DNA of 64,000 nt from Tubiluchus corallicola (taxonomy: Eukaryota; Animalia; Priapulida), in assembly GCA_030141605.1 (NCBI GenBank), contig JAQGDQ010000174.1:372001-436000 (forward strand). The letters are read 5' to 3'. The stretch's first letter is position 1; each line of letters begins with the position of its first letter. The position numbers and the translations under genes are program-made. This document shows, in pieces, positions 12,151 to 25,400 of the stretch. Under the pieces are notes generated by a model. The model had not been told where the DNA came from. It saw only the letters and a list, made by a program, of their open reading frames with translations, and did not search any database.

Positions 12151-15104
12151 CCTCGTGTCTAAAATAATTAGCGCTTAAATAAAAATGAAGAATGGGTCAG
12201 AATGAGGTCGTTGTTATGCACTGTCTCAGTACCCATAGTCATGATGTACTTCACTATACATAATTCTGTGGATTATAAGATCTAATAAATTCTCTTATTG
12301 CTTGAAATGCAACACTGAAAGTGTGAAAGCAGAACTGCAAAAAAGCAAATTTGTCACATGGTGGTGGATATGCTGAAATTCACTGTTCACTGTTCAATTC
12401 TTTTATGAAGATGGAAAGAATTAAAAAAATTGCTTGACACAAAATAACTTGTGCCACGGACATCACAAAACCTGAAATAAAATTACAGAGATTGTTGTTA
12501 CTACTGATTATTAACATTGTGTTAATTGATTAACACATTAAATAGTTTACAGAAAACAATATTGTACTATTTCACTATCTACATGAAAAATAACATTAGC
12601 GAATGATAGTATCTGATACTAAAAAATTTTCAACCGTGTTAGCTTCACGGAACATGATCAAATAACGACCTGGTATACAGCTCTCATTAACTGATATGAA
12701 GAAAATGCAGTAACTGGTCTAGGCTATGGACACTAGAAATATAAAGGTAGTCGTGGCAGTTATACTGGTAATATAAAGTTCTATGTTGGAAAAGTAACAA
12801 ATTGCACTAGAAAAATAGGTTACTTTACATTACCATAGATCGACAGGGCGAACCCTATAAGCAGGCTTTTTGCCCATAATTATCTCTCGTGTTAAACGTC
12901 TGTTAATTGTTTATCATATTTTTTTCTCTTGCATTTTACATTTCTCTCTCTAAATTGTCTCTCAAGTGAAAGTGCCACCTAACGGCAGTTGTCGTAGTAT
13001 GGTGAGGAAGCAAGGTCAGTGGTGGTATGGCTCACGTATCAGATATGTTGGTTTATGATAAATGAAATGATGCTGCAGAAAGGTTGGATTTAAAAAAAAA
13101 ACGTTTAGTCTGATTACATTAAGGTAATTAGAGAAAATAATCAATATATATTATTATTACTGTGTTCTATACCAGAGTTGTTAGACTCTTGTTCATGATA
13201 TGAGAGCCAATATCCTCAACACATAGACGGTCACCACTAGGCCTGTATCGAACGAAATCCAGATACCCGATGAAGCTGGATATCAGATATCCAAATCCGA
13301 CCTAACCCAGCAAAAATTTCAACTGGATCCAAACTCAAAAATTAGTATGAATGAATTTAATGAAATACAAGACCTACAATGCCAAAAACAGCCTATTTCA
13401 TGATCATGACTAAATAACGAAATCGACACACCATGGCAAGCATTCTGCGGCTGCACGTAGAAAGTGACGCTGAACGGAGAACCTCTGCATTAAAGTATTC
13501 GCTGGCTAGGTTGTTTTACGCTTTACTTTAGAAAATGATTGTGGGGATAAAAAATTCACACAACTCTATAATTTTACAACAATTCCTAAAACGTGCAAGT
13601 TATGCAGCGGAGAAATGAGGTAATAGCAAACGTCTTTGCAATAGCTTCAAAGACAACTAAGCATTATGAAAGAATTTGCATGTTGCTGGCTTTGTTGTGT
13701 ACACAGACTAAGTGGTACTGCGGCAGTAGTCCGTAAGTAAGCGTATATATTTATCAAGTGTTTACTATTTGATGTATGGCAGCAGCAGGGTACAAAAAGT
13801 AAACTTAGGAGGCCGTAGCTTCATAAAAAGGATACTTTAATTGATGGCAAGCTGGTGTGTTCAGACCTAGCTACTATTCAGTTTTATATCCTCAGTTACT
13901 ATGTTAGATTGTTACTAATAGACATAGACATTTTTATTTATCTCCTCATTTACACCAGTATACAAGTTGACTATTATTTTTATAGTTAATTGATTAAAAA
14001 GGATAAATTAAGCATAAAGGAAAGAGTTAAAGGGGGTGCAGGAGAAAGGGTAGCGAAAGACCAATTGGTCATCCAGTCAGCTACAATACTATAATAGAAG
14101 CAAAGTAAATAATATTGCTGACTAAAAGTAAACAAATATTTTCGATTAATAATAATTATTTTTGACCTGCTTAGAGTAGACAAGCCAGTGTTGATATCGC
14201 TTATGTTTTACGAAATAGTATGATACCAATTCAATTCAAAACATGCATTTATTTCTATATTCATGATATAACTGAGGCAAGTAAATGTATTTAATTATCA
14301 TAATGGAAATAGGATGGCAAAAGACCAAGAAGGTCAACTGGTCAAGCCATCCTTCAATGGGTGTATGTGATTAATGGGATGACACTGTAGCTATTTCACT
14401 CATGAATAGTAGTGAAATTACATTATTACTATTTTACTTAGCAACTTGATCTGTTTAAAATTCACTAATTAACTTTAAATAACTGAAGGATGAAAATGCA
14501 ATCAAAAATACCTAAACTTACAGGAAAATGATGAAGAAAAAGCAATGGTAAGTAAAAGCCAAATAATGGTACAAATGAATATAAAAATGATCAAAATTCA
14601 AGCTATCATATCGTCCATGTATAACTCAAAATGAGAAAAACATGCAAAATAATAACAATAATATTAAATAAAAAATAATAAAAAACAAATAAAATAAAGT
14701 GAAAAGTAAGCTAGCCAAACAGAAATTTCAATAAACTTTCAAATAGGGAACTGAATGAAACTGCAAAATACTTGCATTAAAATAATAACAAACATGTCTG
14801 ATTAATAAACAAAACAAAAGAAAAACAAATAAGATCAGCTAAGTTTGAGTCATATAGCGAAAATCGATACTGCTGGCTAATTTGTGGTTGTAATTCATGC
14901 AGTCGTATCCTGATAAATACATGAATATGATATTTTCCTAGATAATAAACTTGTGACAGATTTTTCCTATCACAAAACACTATTATCACATATTTGTGTA
15001 TGCTGGAAATTATCAAAATAGAAAATTATTTGTAAGTTTATGAAGAACAGTAATGCAAAAGTAAGTGTAAGCGAAATTTAATTCAAGATTTACTTCAACC
15101 TTTT

Positions 15105-15332
15105 TTAATTCAAGATTAACTTGAGTTTGAAGTGAGTGCCAGTTAAAAAAAGGTTTGTATCATCAGCGAAAAGACGTGCAGTGAAATTAGTTGCTTGAGG
15201 GAGGTCGTTGATATAGAGTAAAAAGAATAAGGGCCCCAGTGTAGAACCTTGTGGTATGCCCGTCGTGACGTTAAGAAGAGTGGATTTAGCATTGCCTACC
15301 ATTGTAAATTGTCGTCTATTACGAAGATACAA
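15105..15332 (-). mobile_element. LINE (CR1/L2 group) reverse transcriptase fragment
   Basis: GIPQGSTLGPLFFLLYINDLP...LFADDT, i.e. RT motifs B and C; truncated. Confidence 0.85.
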
Positions 15333-16418
15333 TTTCGTTAAATTAAATTATACCCTTAGCCTTACTTAGAGAAGTTGGTGGATCACCATTGTTCATAGTG
15401 CAAGCATCTTGGAAGGCAAAGTTAAGCAGTTCTGCTTCATCCAGTTGTGTTTATAATACCGTACCATCCTCAAAATGAGAAGGAGGAATTGACAGTGTAA
15501 TGAACAGACAAGTATTGGCATATTTGTAAAGATTTGGGATTAGACTTTGGGTTAGCTAGTAATAGTATCTGATTTTTGTGCTGTTGCTTAGCAAGATTAA
15601 TAATACACTATAAGGCAATAACCTCATTGCCTTAAACAATACCATAACAGGAAACTCAGGAATTGACCTCGAGTTTACATACTGTGTGACGTGTGCTAGT
15701 GTTATCTGTTTAGTACTGTATCTGTATCTGTGGTACAGTGTTTAGGTACCTTAGTTTCTAGACATGTCTTACATTTTTTACCACTGCCTAGTGTGTGTGT
15801 TATATTTGAGGGCAGTTTATAATCAAGGGCATTTTAAATTTATTTAAAAAAATGTTGTAACTAGAATAAGTACTTTCAACAAAAACTTTTTTATTCCATT
15901 TTATATCAACAAGCATTATAATGTAAGTCTTAACATTTTATGCAAGTCTTAATCCTTATAGACATTAAGCAATAATGAATATAAGGATCAGCAAGCACTA
16001 ATAAAATCTTCAGTACTAAGCAGAATATTGAGAACTTTCCATCCCCATGTCTTGCATGTTGTCATCATTTCGTTTGTCGTATCAATAGTAAAAATCAATA
16101 GTATGTTAAACCTTTTCTGTTTGTATGGTTAAAAAATAAATCATATAACCCAACTTCACGTAAAAATAACACCAGTTTTACACCTTATTATTTTGTGATT
16201 TATATGGAAAAATGTGTGTAGCATTTTGTCAATATTGTCTGATAACTGATTTTTTTCTCTGCAGTCTAGCCTCATAAACAAAATACTGCTGAAAATTTAT
16301 TCTCACTTCTACATTAAGTAAGTGTGGACATTATTCTGAGGTCTAACTCATAAGAGTTTTGCATTCTTATTATCGTTTTAAACTACAATAAGTGGTGATT
16401 TTCAGAGATTTGTGAAAG

Positions 16419-19400
16419 ATGAAACGGACACGTTCACAAGCAGGATTAGACACTAACGATGGCCGTGTACGTAATGAGCACAGACCGGTAAGTGCTACGG
16501 AAGATTTGGTACTACATCTATAAGTTTTGTATACTATATATATTTGTCTGTGTCTGTCAAGTATATGCAGAGCACAACACACAATTAATCATGTATTTGT
16601 TCTGTGTTCTATTTTATTACAATAATAAGTTTCTCAACACTAATTTCTGCCTATTTTTAGAGTGAGTTGGTAACATAATTGAATCAAACTTTTCTATATG
16701 CCCATCCTAATCTTTCCCAAGTACCAGTCCTAATTATGTTCTGACAACTGGTTGGAAGTTTTTTAAATGGTAAGCTTGCTACTTGTACCTGTGCCTTTTG
16801 TGACACTGCTGTGGGCCAAATGTCCCATCTCAATCCTTGATAATATGATGATATCAAATTAAATAGGCCCTTCAACATTGAGTAGGCCCTGTCACTGACT
16901 GCTGATTGCTTTGTAGAATGCCAAATTGTATAAACAAACTTGTGTAGATGAGCTGACTTGAAAATTTGTAGTTGACGTGAAAGTATCTTTCTTTACACAG
17001 AGAGACTGCATCGCTTTGGAAAACATACTTGTATAATCGATTGTGTAAACAACTAATAAGTGCAAACAAATTGAATTTGCAGCAGAGGAAATTTTGCATT
17101 AACCATTCAATGTAAAAAAATTTCACTTCTATTATTTTGTTTAGTAAAAATTGGTTTGTTAGCCTTTAAATGTAGGAATAAAATCTCTAAAATGTTGTGG
17201 TTGTTTTCAGGCTTTGTGCGCACCAGCTCCTTTCAGTGATGAATGGGAAAGTGAAATTGAAAGAGAAACATGTGATTATTCCATCCACATAACCAAGGAA
17301 ATGGCTTTAGCAAATGATGGTAATGTATTTCAGGCCCAGATTATGTTGGAGTTGATCTGTGGAGAAAATTTTGCACTTTTTGGTTGAGCAACTCAACCAA
17401 ATCGCTACTGTTCTGGGTGTTATTGTTGTTGTTCTTGCTGTTGCAGGGATTGCCTTTTTGAAAAAAAAACCTAATGTTTCGCAAATTTGCCATGGATCGT
17501 CAGGAAACTTCACATGAATGTACTAGAATGACTTCTGCATTAGCTGACAGAGTCGGAATTTTGATTTATTATTCTAAACTCAAGGCGGTGGCAATAACTT
17601 CATTTTTAAAAAAAGCCTAAGGCTCTGTTAATTTGAAATGATCCATCACAAACTTTTATTAGAATGTTCATGAATGAATTAGTGAAGTCCACATTGACCG
17701 ATGGATCCGGTCTTTCAAGTTGCAATTTTAAATTCAAGATGTCAGAGCATCAGTTATTCTGCCTATCAGTGACTATATCTAAATAGGAGGAAGTAAGGGA
17801 GCGTGTTACACAACTTTTTAGTGAGAGGGACATCTGTTATTATGTGAAGTATAATTCCTGAATTCTTTAAGTTTTCAGTTTTTGTAGCAGAATCATATGT
17901 TATCTGATTCCATATATGTTCAATTAGTTTTTCTTGTTCTACAGCCTTAGTTCAGAAAAGTTTCGCTTTTTGGAGAAAGACGTTTAATTTTTGTCAAGAA
18001 TTAATGTAAAAGCCTTTAGGTGTATTCTTACAAGTAGAAGAAAATGCACAAATATGTAAAGAAAGAGGGTAATCCATAAATTTATCGTTTGGAACTTTTA
18101 ATTTCAGTTCCTCGACCTGTGCGTGTTTATGCTGATGGCGTCTATGATATGTTTCATCAAGGTCACGCGAGACAACTGCAGCAAGCTAAAAATGTCTTTC
18201 CTTGGGTGTACTTAATTGTTGGTGGTAAGTAGAGCCTGGCCTCTTTGATGAATAAGCCTTTTTCACAGTTCCAGCGATTATTGATGATTGTGAAAAGCTC
18301 AAAGGATATGTGAACCAGACAACTCATTTGTGTATACTTGACAACACTTCGTAGCCCAAACTATTGCGATAGTAACAGTTAAAGCTAGCTAGAACCTTAT
18401 CTGGTTTATTTTTTCTTGTTCCAAAGCAAGATCCTGCAAGTATTACTCTACACACAAACTAATGCATAATTGCGTAAAATCCGCATAAAACAACGGAAGT
18501 TTCTGAACTGATGTAGCAAACAGCTTTGTTTTATACATATGTCATGTGATGGTTATAGTTAAGACGCATTGCTGGGGTTCACATAACTTTTAACCTACAG
18601 CAACTACACCTGCGCACAACACAACTGTGAAAAGGCTTATTATGGAACGTAATGGCTTACAGTTGGGGTGCATGAAAACATGTCTAAAATGTAATTACTT
18701 CATGAACACTATCAGCATTTTATATAATTACTTATGCCATAAAAGCTATCACATTTCCTTAAATTGTGATTGCTGAGAATTCTGCAGGTGGCTAGTACTA
18801 GATGGATGTATGCATAATTATCTGTTGCAATAATTTCAATAGTACAATATAATGATATGCTTTTACTTTATATTATGACATTATAATGCATTATATAAAA
18901 TTTACTAGCTCTTTTGCTAAACCGATAAATGTTAACTATTGCTTTATCATTGCATGGTCAAGAATAACATGTTTTTCTTTAAATTACTTTTCATTTGTTA
19001 CTTTTCATTACTTTTCATTACTTTAAATTAACTTTTCATTTTTATTAACAAACAGATATCAAGCGCGAAATACTTTCATACATGTCGTCAGTTATATTAG
19101 AAATATTTTTTATAATTATTTGTTAATACAAAACAAAAGCTGTCACTTAAAACATCTTCTGTCACAGAAGAATCTTGCCACAGTTTTTGACACAGCTAAG
19201 CATACTGGCTAGCTTTTTATTGTTTTTCACGTGTTGATTATATTCCATTAAGTTGAAATTTATCAGTACATGCACATTGCACATGTTTGTTATACAGTCA
19301 CTCCTATGTTTCTACAAAATAACAATAAGTATGGGACAACGAAAAACAGCTAATGTTAATCTTAAAAAATGATGAAATTTTCCTATTAGAAGTACCTCCC

Positions 19401-22400
19401 ATCACATTCACCAACAAAGAACAAGTTGGCAGTTACCCGACTGCCGTTTAACAGTGGTTAATGTTAACATTTTTTTTAACAATTTTGTTTTAGAAAATAA
19501 TTGAATGGTCGTCATTTAAAATTTTTGTTGTAATAAACCTATTTAGCTTAATGTACTAGTTCTCATCATTGTTGCTTTGGATTTTAACTGATTCTTCTCG
19601 AAATTGATAGTTGCTAGTGACGAAGATACGCACAAATTGAAAGGCAGAACCGTGATGACTGGTCCAGAAAGATACGAAGCCGTCCGTCATTGTAGATATG
19701 TGGATGAAGTATACAGAGCATGTCCATGGACTATCACAAAAGATTTTTTAGAAGAAAATAAGGTTGGTTAAATGTGGAAGTTTATGTGATCCTGGTAGTA
19801 CGTTTTGCTATCATTATTATATCGCAATGGAGACGAGTTGAGAATTAGACATTACTCGCAAGCATCACACTAAGCTTTGCTAAACTGTATTTTCATTTCT
19901 GTAAGCTATACATTTCTTAAGTTGTGTTCCAGGAAGCTTATCTTTCGGCATAATAATATTTGATCTCTTTTCTAGATCGACTTTGTAGCACACGATGATC
20001 TCCCGTACGGTTCTAGCAACAGCGAAGATATATACAAACCCATAAAAGATTTAGGTATGTTTATGCCAACACAAAGAACAGAAGGTATATCAACGTCAGA
20101 CGTTGTTGCTCGAATTGTACGAGATTATGATTCTTATGTACGACGAAATTTAGCCCGAGGATATTCTGCTAAAGAGATGAACATTAGCTTTTTCAAGGTA
20201 AGAAATGTAGTAAAACTACAAAGCATCATAAATTTGCAAAATCCTAAAATATTCAGACTTACAACTCGTGTTAACTCAGAGCAGATGGCTAATTCCTAAC
20301 AAGGTCACTCTCTTTTAAATCGATTTAGTCGTTTCAAATATAGCGTCAATGTGCTGCTGTAAATTAGTCTTAGAAGTCAGTTTAAAAATACAGAGGTGTA
20401 TAGGCTTTTTGAAATTTTAACCTTTTTCACAGGTGTCTATTTAGGCTTGTCATCTTCGCTAGAAAGCTAAACGTGTTTTGAAAAGCATGTATAACACAGT
20501 TACCAAGGCATTTTTTGTACTCAAAATGACTTAAGTGGCCATAGGAAATAAAACCATTCATGCTGGGTCTTTTGGACCCAATCTGCGATATAAACACTTA
20601 TATTATAACCTTGAAAATAGAAAAATATAAACTGACCATTGCTAATAAATTGTTGCAAGTGGACAGAGCAATCGTCTTAATGCGGAAAATTGCTTTAGCG
20701 TATAGTCAGAGCCAGATTATCCTATAGGCTAGGTAGGCTGAAGCTTAGAGCCAATCAAGCTTGGGTCCCTCAAAGCTTTGGAAATATTTGGTTGAAAATA
20801 TATTTTTTACTATATGCGTGAGGAAATATGTGCTAATTTGGGTTGCAATAAATAGTAAAATACACATAGAGTGTTTCTTAAATATTTTGATTGGCAAACA
20901 AAAGATAGTTATTCTAGTTTATTTCCAATAAGTTTACTTAAAACTGTATAAATGTCGTTAAAATATATCACGAGTAAAAATTGTTCAAGACGGGTGAGGG
21001 AGAGTTAGAAGGTGGCTGCATCTGAGGAGGACCCCATGACTTCCAACAGCCTATGGGCACCAAAAGTTATTAATCGAGCCCTGCAAACTCTGTGTACTGT
21101 CTTCTTGATATACCACATTTGACATATTCCAGCACACAAACATTTCTTTCTTCAAACAATCAAACGTCTTTGTGAAATGCATCTACTTACAGAACTTTGT
21201 TAATAGCTGGAGCTATTGATAACTGTCCCTTTGACATTTTTGTATACAGACTGCCCTAAGTAAATCCCTGACAATTCAAGATTAGGTGCTGTGAATAAAA
21301 CATAAGAACACGGGTACAGCCAAATTAGAATTGTTATTGTCAGTTTGCTAGTGACAATAGGTATCTGTTGATAGAATTTTTTATTTGAAACCTTTGCAAA
21401 AAGTTATTAGCTGGATTGTGAAATTTTCTTTGTGACCACAGACTGGCAGGATGTGTGCCCACTAATGTGTCAATAGTTATTATTTATTTATGAAAATGGT
21501 AGACTACTATGCTGAACAGTCTCACTATGTTGAACAAATTTAACTGAAGTCAGTTTGCTATGAAGTTAAACTTTTTAGTAGAAGCAGTTAAGCAAAGGAG
21601 AATCATTGATATGACTAAGGAAAACAACCATGAATAGTTTTTGTAAGATACTGAGTATCTTTTTTCTCTCTTCTTATACCTACCTTGTTATGACGTTATT
21701 GAATAACTGTACCCCAAAAATAACTGAATGGCATGTGAATGCACATGCGATACATTACCTGTCTTTGTGCTGAGAATGACTGAGGTAGACAGGTGTTTAA
21801 AAATATGTTCAAAGAATATTTTGACCATTTGCTTTACTTGGAAGTTAGCATCCAGTGTACATTGTACTTCACTATATTCATAAAGTGGTACTATTTGTGT
21901 TGCCATTATCTTAATTATGTAGAGTGCTGCAACAGCCAGTAGACACTTTGGTTTGTGATTTTCTTTGTAGCTAAGCTTTTCGTCTAATCTTAGCAAATTT
22001 TTGAATTACTCAAAAGTGGTTTTTGATAAATCTTCTTATTTAAATTTTGCCTGGATTCCCATTACTAATGTAAGATGAGGTGCAATGAATGCAGTGGAAA
22101 GAAGTTCTTTGATCATAAACTGGAGTGGAATAGAAAATTCTCAAGAGCAAATGGACCAGACAGTGCTCTAACTATAAACAAAGTATTTTGCTCAAAGTGG
22201 TACCAGATAGTTGGAAGACCTTCACCCATGAGCTGTTAAAAACTTTCTCGAAACAAGGTATCCGACTTCCAACTGGATTGATCCCTAAGCTCTTCCCACT
22301 GAAAATTTAGTGCTTGATAGATCATCGTGCAATTTCTTACAATCAGGCTAGAATTTCACAAAAAGACCAAGGCACCTTCAGTCATCCTTCTTGAAGTCGA

Positions 22401-25400
22401 AACAACAATTAGAGATTGTTTTGGAGACATTTTATTGGAAATGTTTGCTTATATTGGAAATGCATGTGTTAATCATTAGCACAAGTGCTTTGAAGAAGGC
22501 AGCAAGAATATTGACGTCTACCAATACAGTTTTTGTCTTATTTGACCCAAAACAAGTTTTTAGTTCATCTGTACCAATTTTTTCACATTTTGTTTTTTTT
22601 TAAAATATAAAACACATCCTGACTTCAGAATGGCAAAACTATTGAACATCATTTTAAAGGAAAGGACAAGTCATTTAGCACATTGTGTTTATTTTACTCT
22701 TAACACCTAAACTTTAAAAAAATATATAACAAATTAATTTGCAAAAAACTCTGTATAAAGCATGAAGTTAATTTGTGCTACCGCTGAATGGAAATTTTGA
22801 CATGTGATAGTAGCCTTCAGTCAGTTGAAAATATGGTGGACTTCGCGACTTTTCGTAGCCGCATCATGGGTTTCCGTAAGATCTAAATTTCCTTAAACTA
22901 TTTCACACTTCTGCAGCTTAGCTAATATTTGCCAAATTGGCTAATTTTCTATAAAAACTTATTGTACTTTTGAAGAAAATTGTCAGCACATTGGTTTTCT
23001 TCAGCTGATGAATGATGGCATTCGTGGAAGAATGAGCGTCAGAAATGGTAACAACCAAGCGTGAAATGATTGCGACTTTAAAGTGATTTTACTAATTATA
23101 CGAAGCTCTTATCACACTTTTATTACTAGATCCTGCAAACAAGCCTAACTTTGCAGAATGTTTGGCCCTTCCTTTAAAATGCTGGAAATAAAAAATATCA
23201 TTATTATGTTTCAGGAGAAAGCATTCCGTTTTCAAAATAAAGTCGACGCTGTTAAAGTTAAAGCAAAATCTTATCAAGCCAAGGGCAAGCATTTAGTACA
23301 AAACATAGAAGAAAAGAGCAATGAACTTATCAACAAGTGGGAAGAAAAGTCAAGGGAATTTATAGGCAACTTCCTCTTAATGTTTGGAAAGGAGGGAAAA
23401 TTTGTAAGTAATGTTTGATACATTCATTTTTTTTCTTAAGTTTGTTTAAATCTGCATATATTTGCCTAGCATGTGGGAATTTGCAAGCTTATAGTTTTGT
23501 AATTGCTTACAGATAGTGTGTAGAAATTTGCAAAATTATTTTATTCCATATTTGCATTTTTTCCAAAAATAGGTTTAATGCATTTCCATACATGTGGTTT
23601 AAACTAAAAACAAACTGGTAAAAAATGAAGTCAAAACTGACAAAACAAAAATATTCTGCTGATAAAAACTGTATGACAGACTATAGAAATTCAAGGTCAT
23701 TATTTTCAGCTAAATGCATATAAATTCTATTGGAGCTAGTCTTTTGCCAAAGCCAAAGTCGCGATTACTTCTGCCAAATGGATGTAACTAAAAAGTCCTT
23801 GTATGTAAAAGAGATTAGTATTACCCAGGCTTTATCATAAATACAACATGCCAAGCAGGGCAACAGCAGGTACCATTTTTAAAGTCTTTGTATGGCCCAG
23901 CTGCAGTATCGAACTCACGACCGCCCAGACAGAAAGCAGATGCATTACCACTAGACTACTGTCTGGTTTAAGGCTACCGTCTTGTGTACCGTATGTTGCT
24001 AAGTTATGTCACATTATTGCCTGTTTAATCGTGGAAGATGCTAGACTGTTTAATTGCACCGAGAGAGAGAGAGAGATCAGTAGAAAATGATCAAAGTTTT
24101 CTGTGTGTAAAACTGATTTTCTGAATGCATGTGCTTTTAGTACAGGTAGACATTAATTAATCAGTGATTGCAGAAAGCAAATTAACCTCTTTCTTCCAGT
24201 AATTCCTATGCTAGCAATTTCATCTTGCTTCAGTCGCTCGTGTAACTTTTCTGTGTAAGGGGCACTCAGTGCCAACCCATGGACATGTGGATGCCTTTTT
24301 CGTGCAATTTGTGTTTTTATACACCATACATACTCCCTCAATGAATTAAGCAGCTTGGATTAGTATAGCAAATGAAACAGCTGGAAGTAAGTATCGAACC
24401 CAGGCAGTCGTAAGCTATGTTACGCAAAAGCGTGCATGTATCCGCTTGACTATTAGTTGCCACAAAAGATACTAAAGAAACGTAATACTTGATTTTTTGT
24501 TTTTGGTTCAATTTTATACAGATTACAAAAAAATAATAGCATGTTTGTAGGTAGGTTTTACTAGTGTTTCTGTGGTTTCTTGTCCACTGAACTACTTTCC
24601 CACTTTCCATTGACTTTTGTTCGATGGGAAATGATCTTTACAGAACAGTTGTAAATCCTACTAGAACGAATTGCATGTCAGAGCTGTGTATTTTGTCAGG
24701 GTTTTTAAACTAAATCAGTAGAGGCGGTTATGTAATGCGTTATGAGTGACTCATCCTTGCTTCGAGATTTGACTGGTGGCCCTTCTGGTCATCTTTTCTG
24801 TGATTCTTAAAATTGTAGTCCTAAATGTTTTTTTGAAAAAAGTTTGCAAATCTTTTTCGCTCATCAGCGTTCGGTCTGACGCTTTTAATTCTTTTACTTT
24901 TTTAAGGCAGCGTAAATGTTGACGTTTAGCCAGTTTTTCGCCAAGTTGGCGAAATTGAGCTACTTTTTGGCGAAATAATCATCTTGCGTCGCGGTTGCAC
25001 GGTAACTTCCGTTACATTTTCAACATGTCGCGGTTCGTTTCTTCGTTAATGTTTTTCGAATTCCTCTTACATTGTGGTTTTGTTAAACGTTCATTAAAAT
25101 TAGCAGATTCAGAGTGAAAAGAGAATTTGTTAAGAGTGTTGTGTATAATAAGTAACTGATCGTGTTTTTGAGGGACGTGGATAAGGGGGCGACTGTGTTA
25201 TTGATCGTACAGTTTCGCTGAATGTACAGTACCGCAAGGCGTGTTTTCTTCGCGCGTTTCGTTTACAAGGTTTCTTGATGTAGAGTATTTTTGTCAAGAA
25301 AAAATAGCAAACAGTAAAAGCTGCAGTGAGGAGTGCTTTGTTATTAGATCATTTTTATGTTAACTAGAGTCTTCATCCTTATTGCATTTCCGTACATGAA

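Noticed and set aside
23848-23967. tRNA gene
   Set aside because: A and B boxes are present, but no cloverleaf or acceptor stem forms and the sequence continues into a SINE body.
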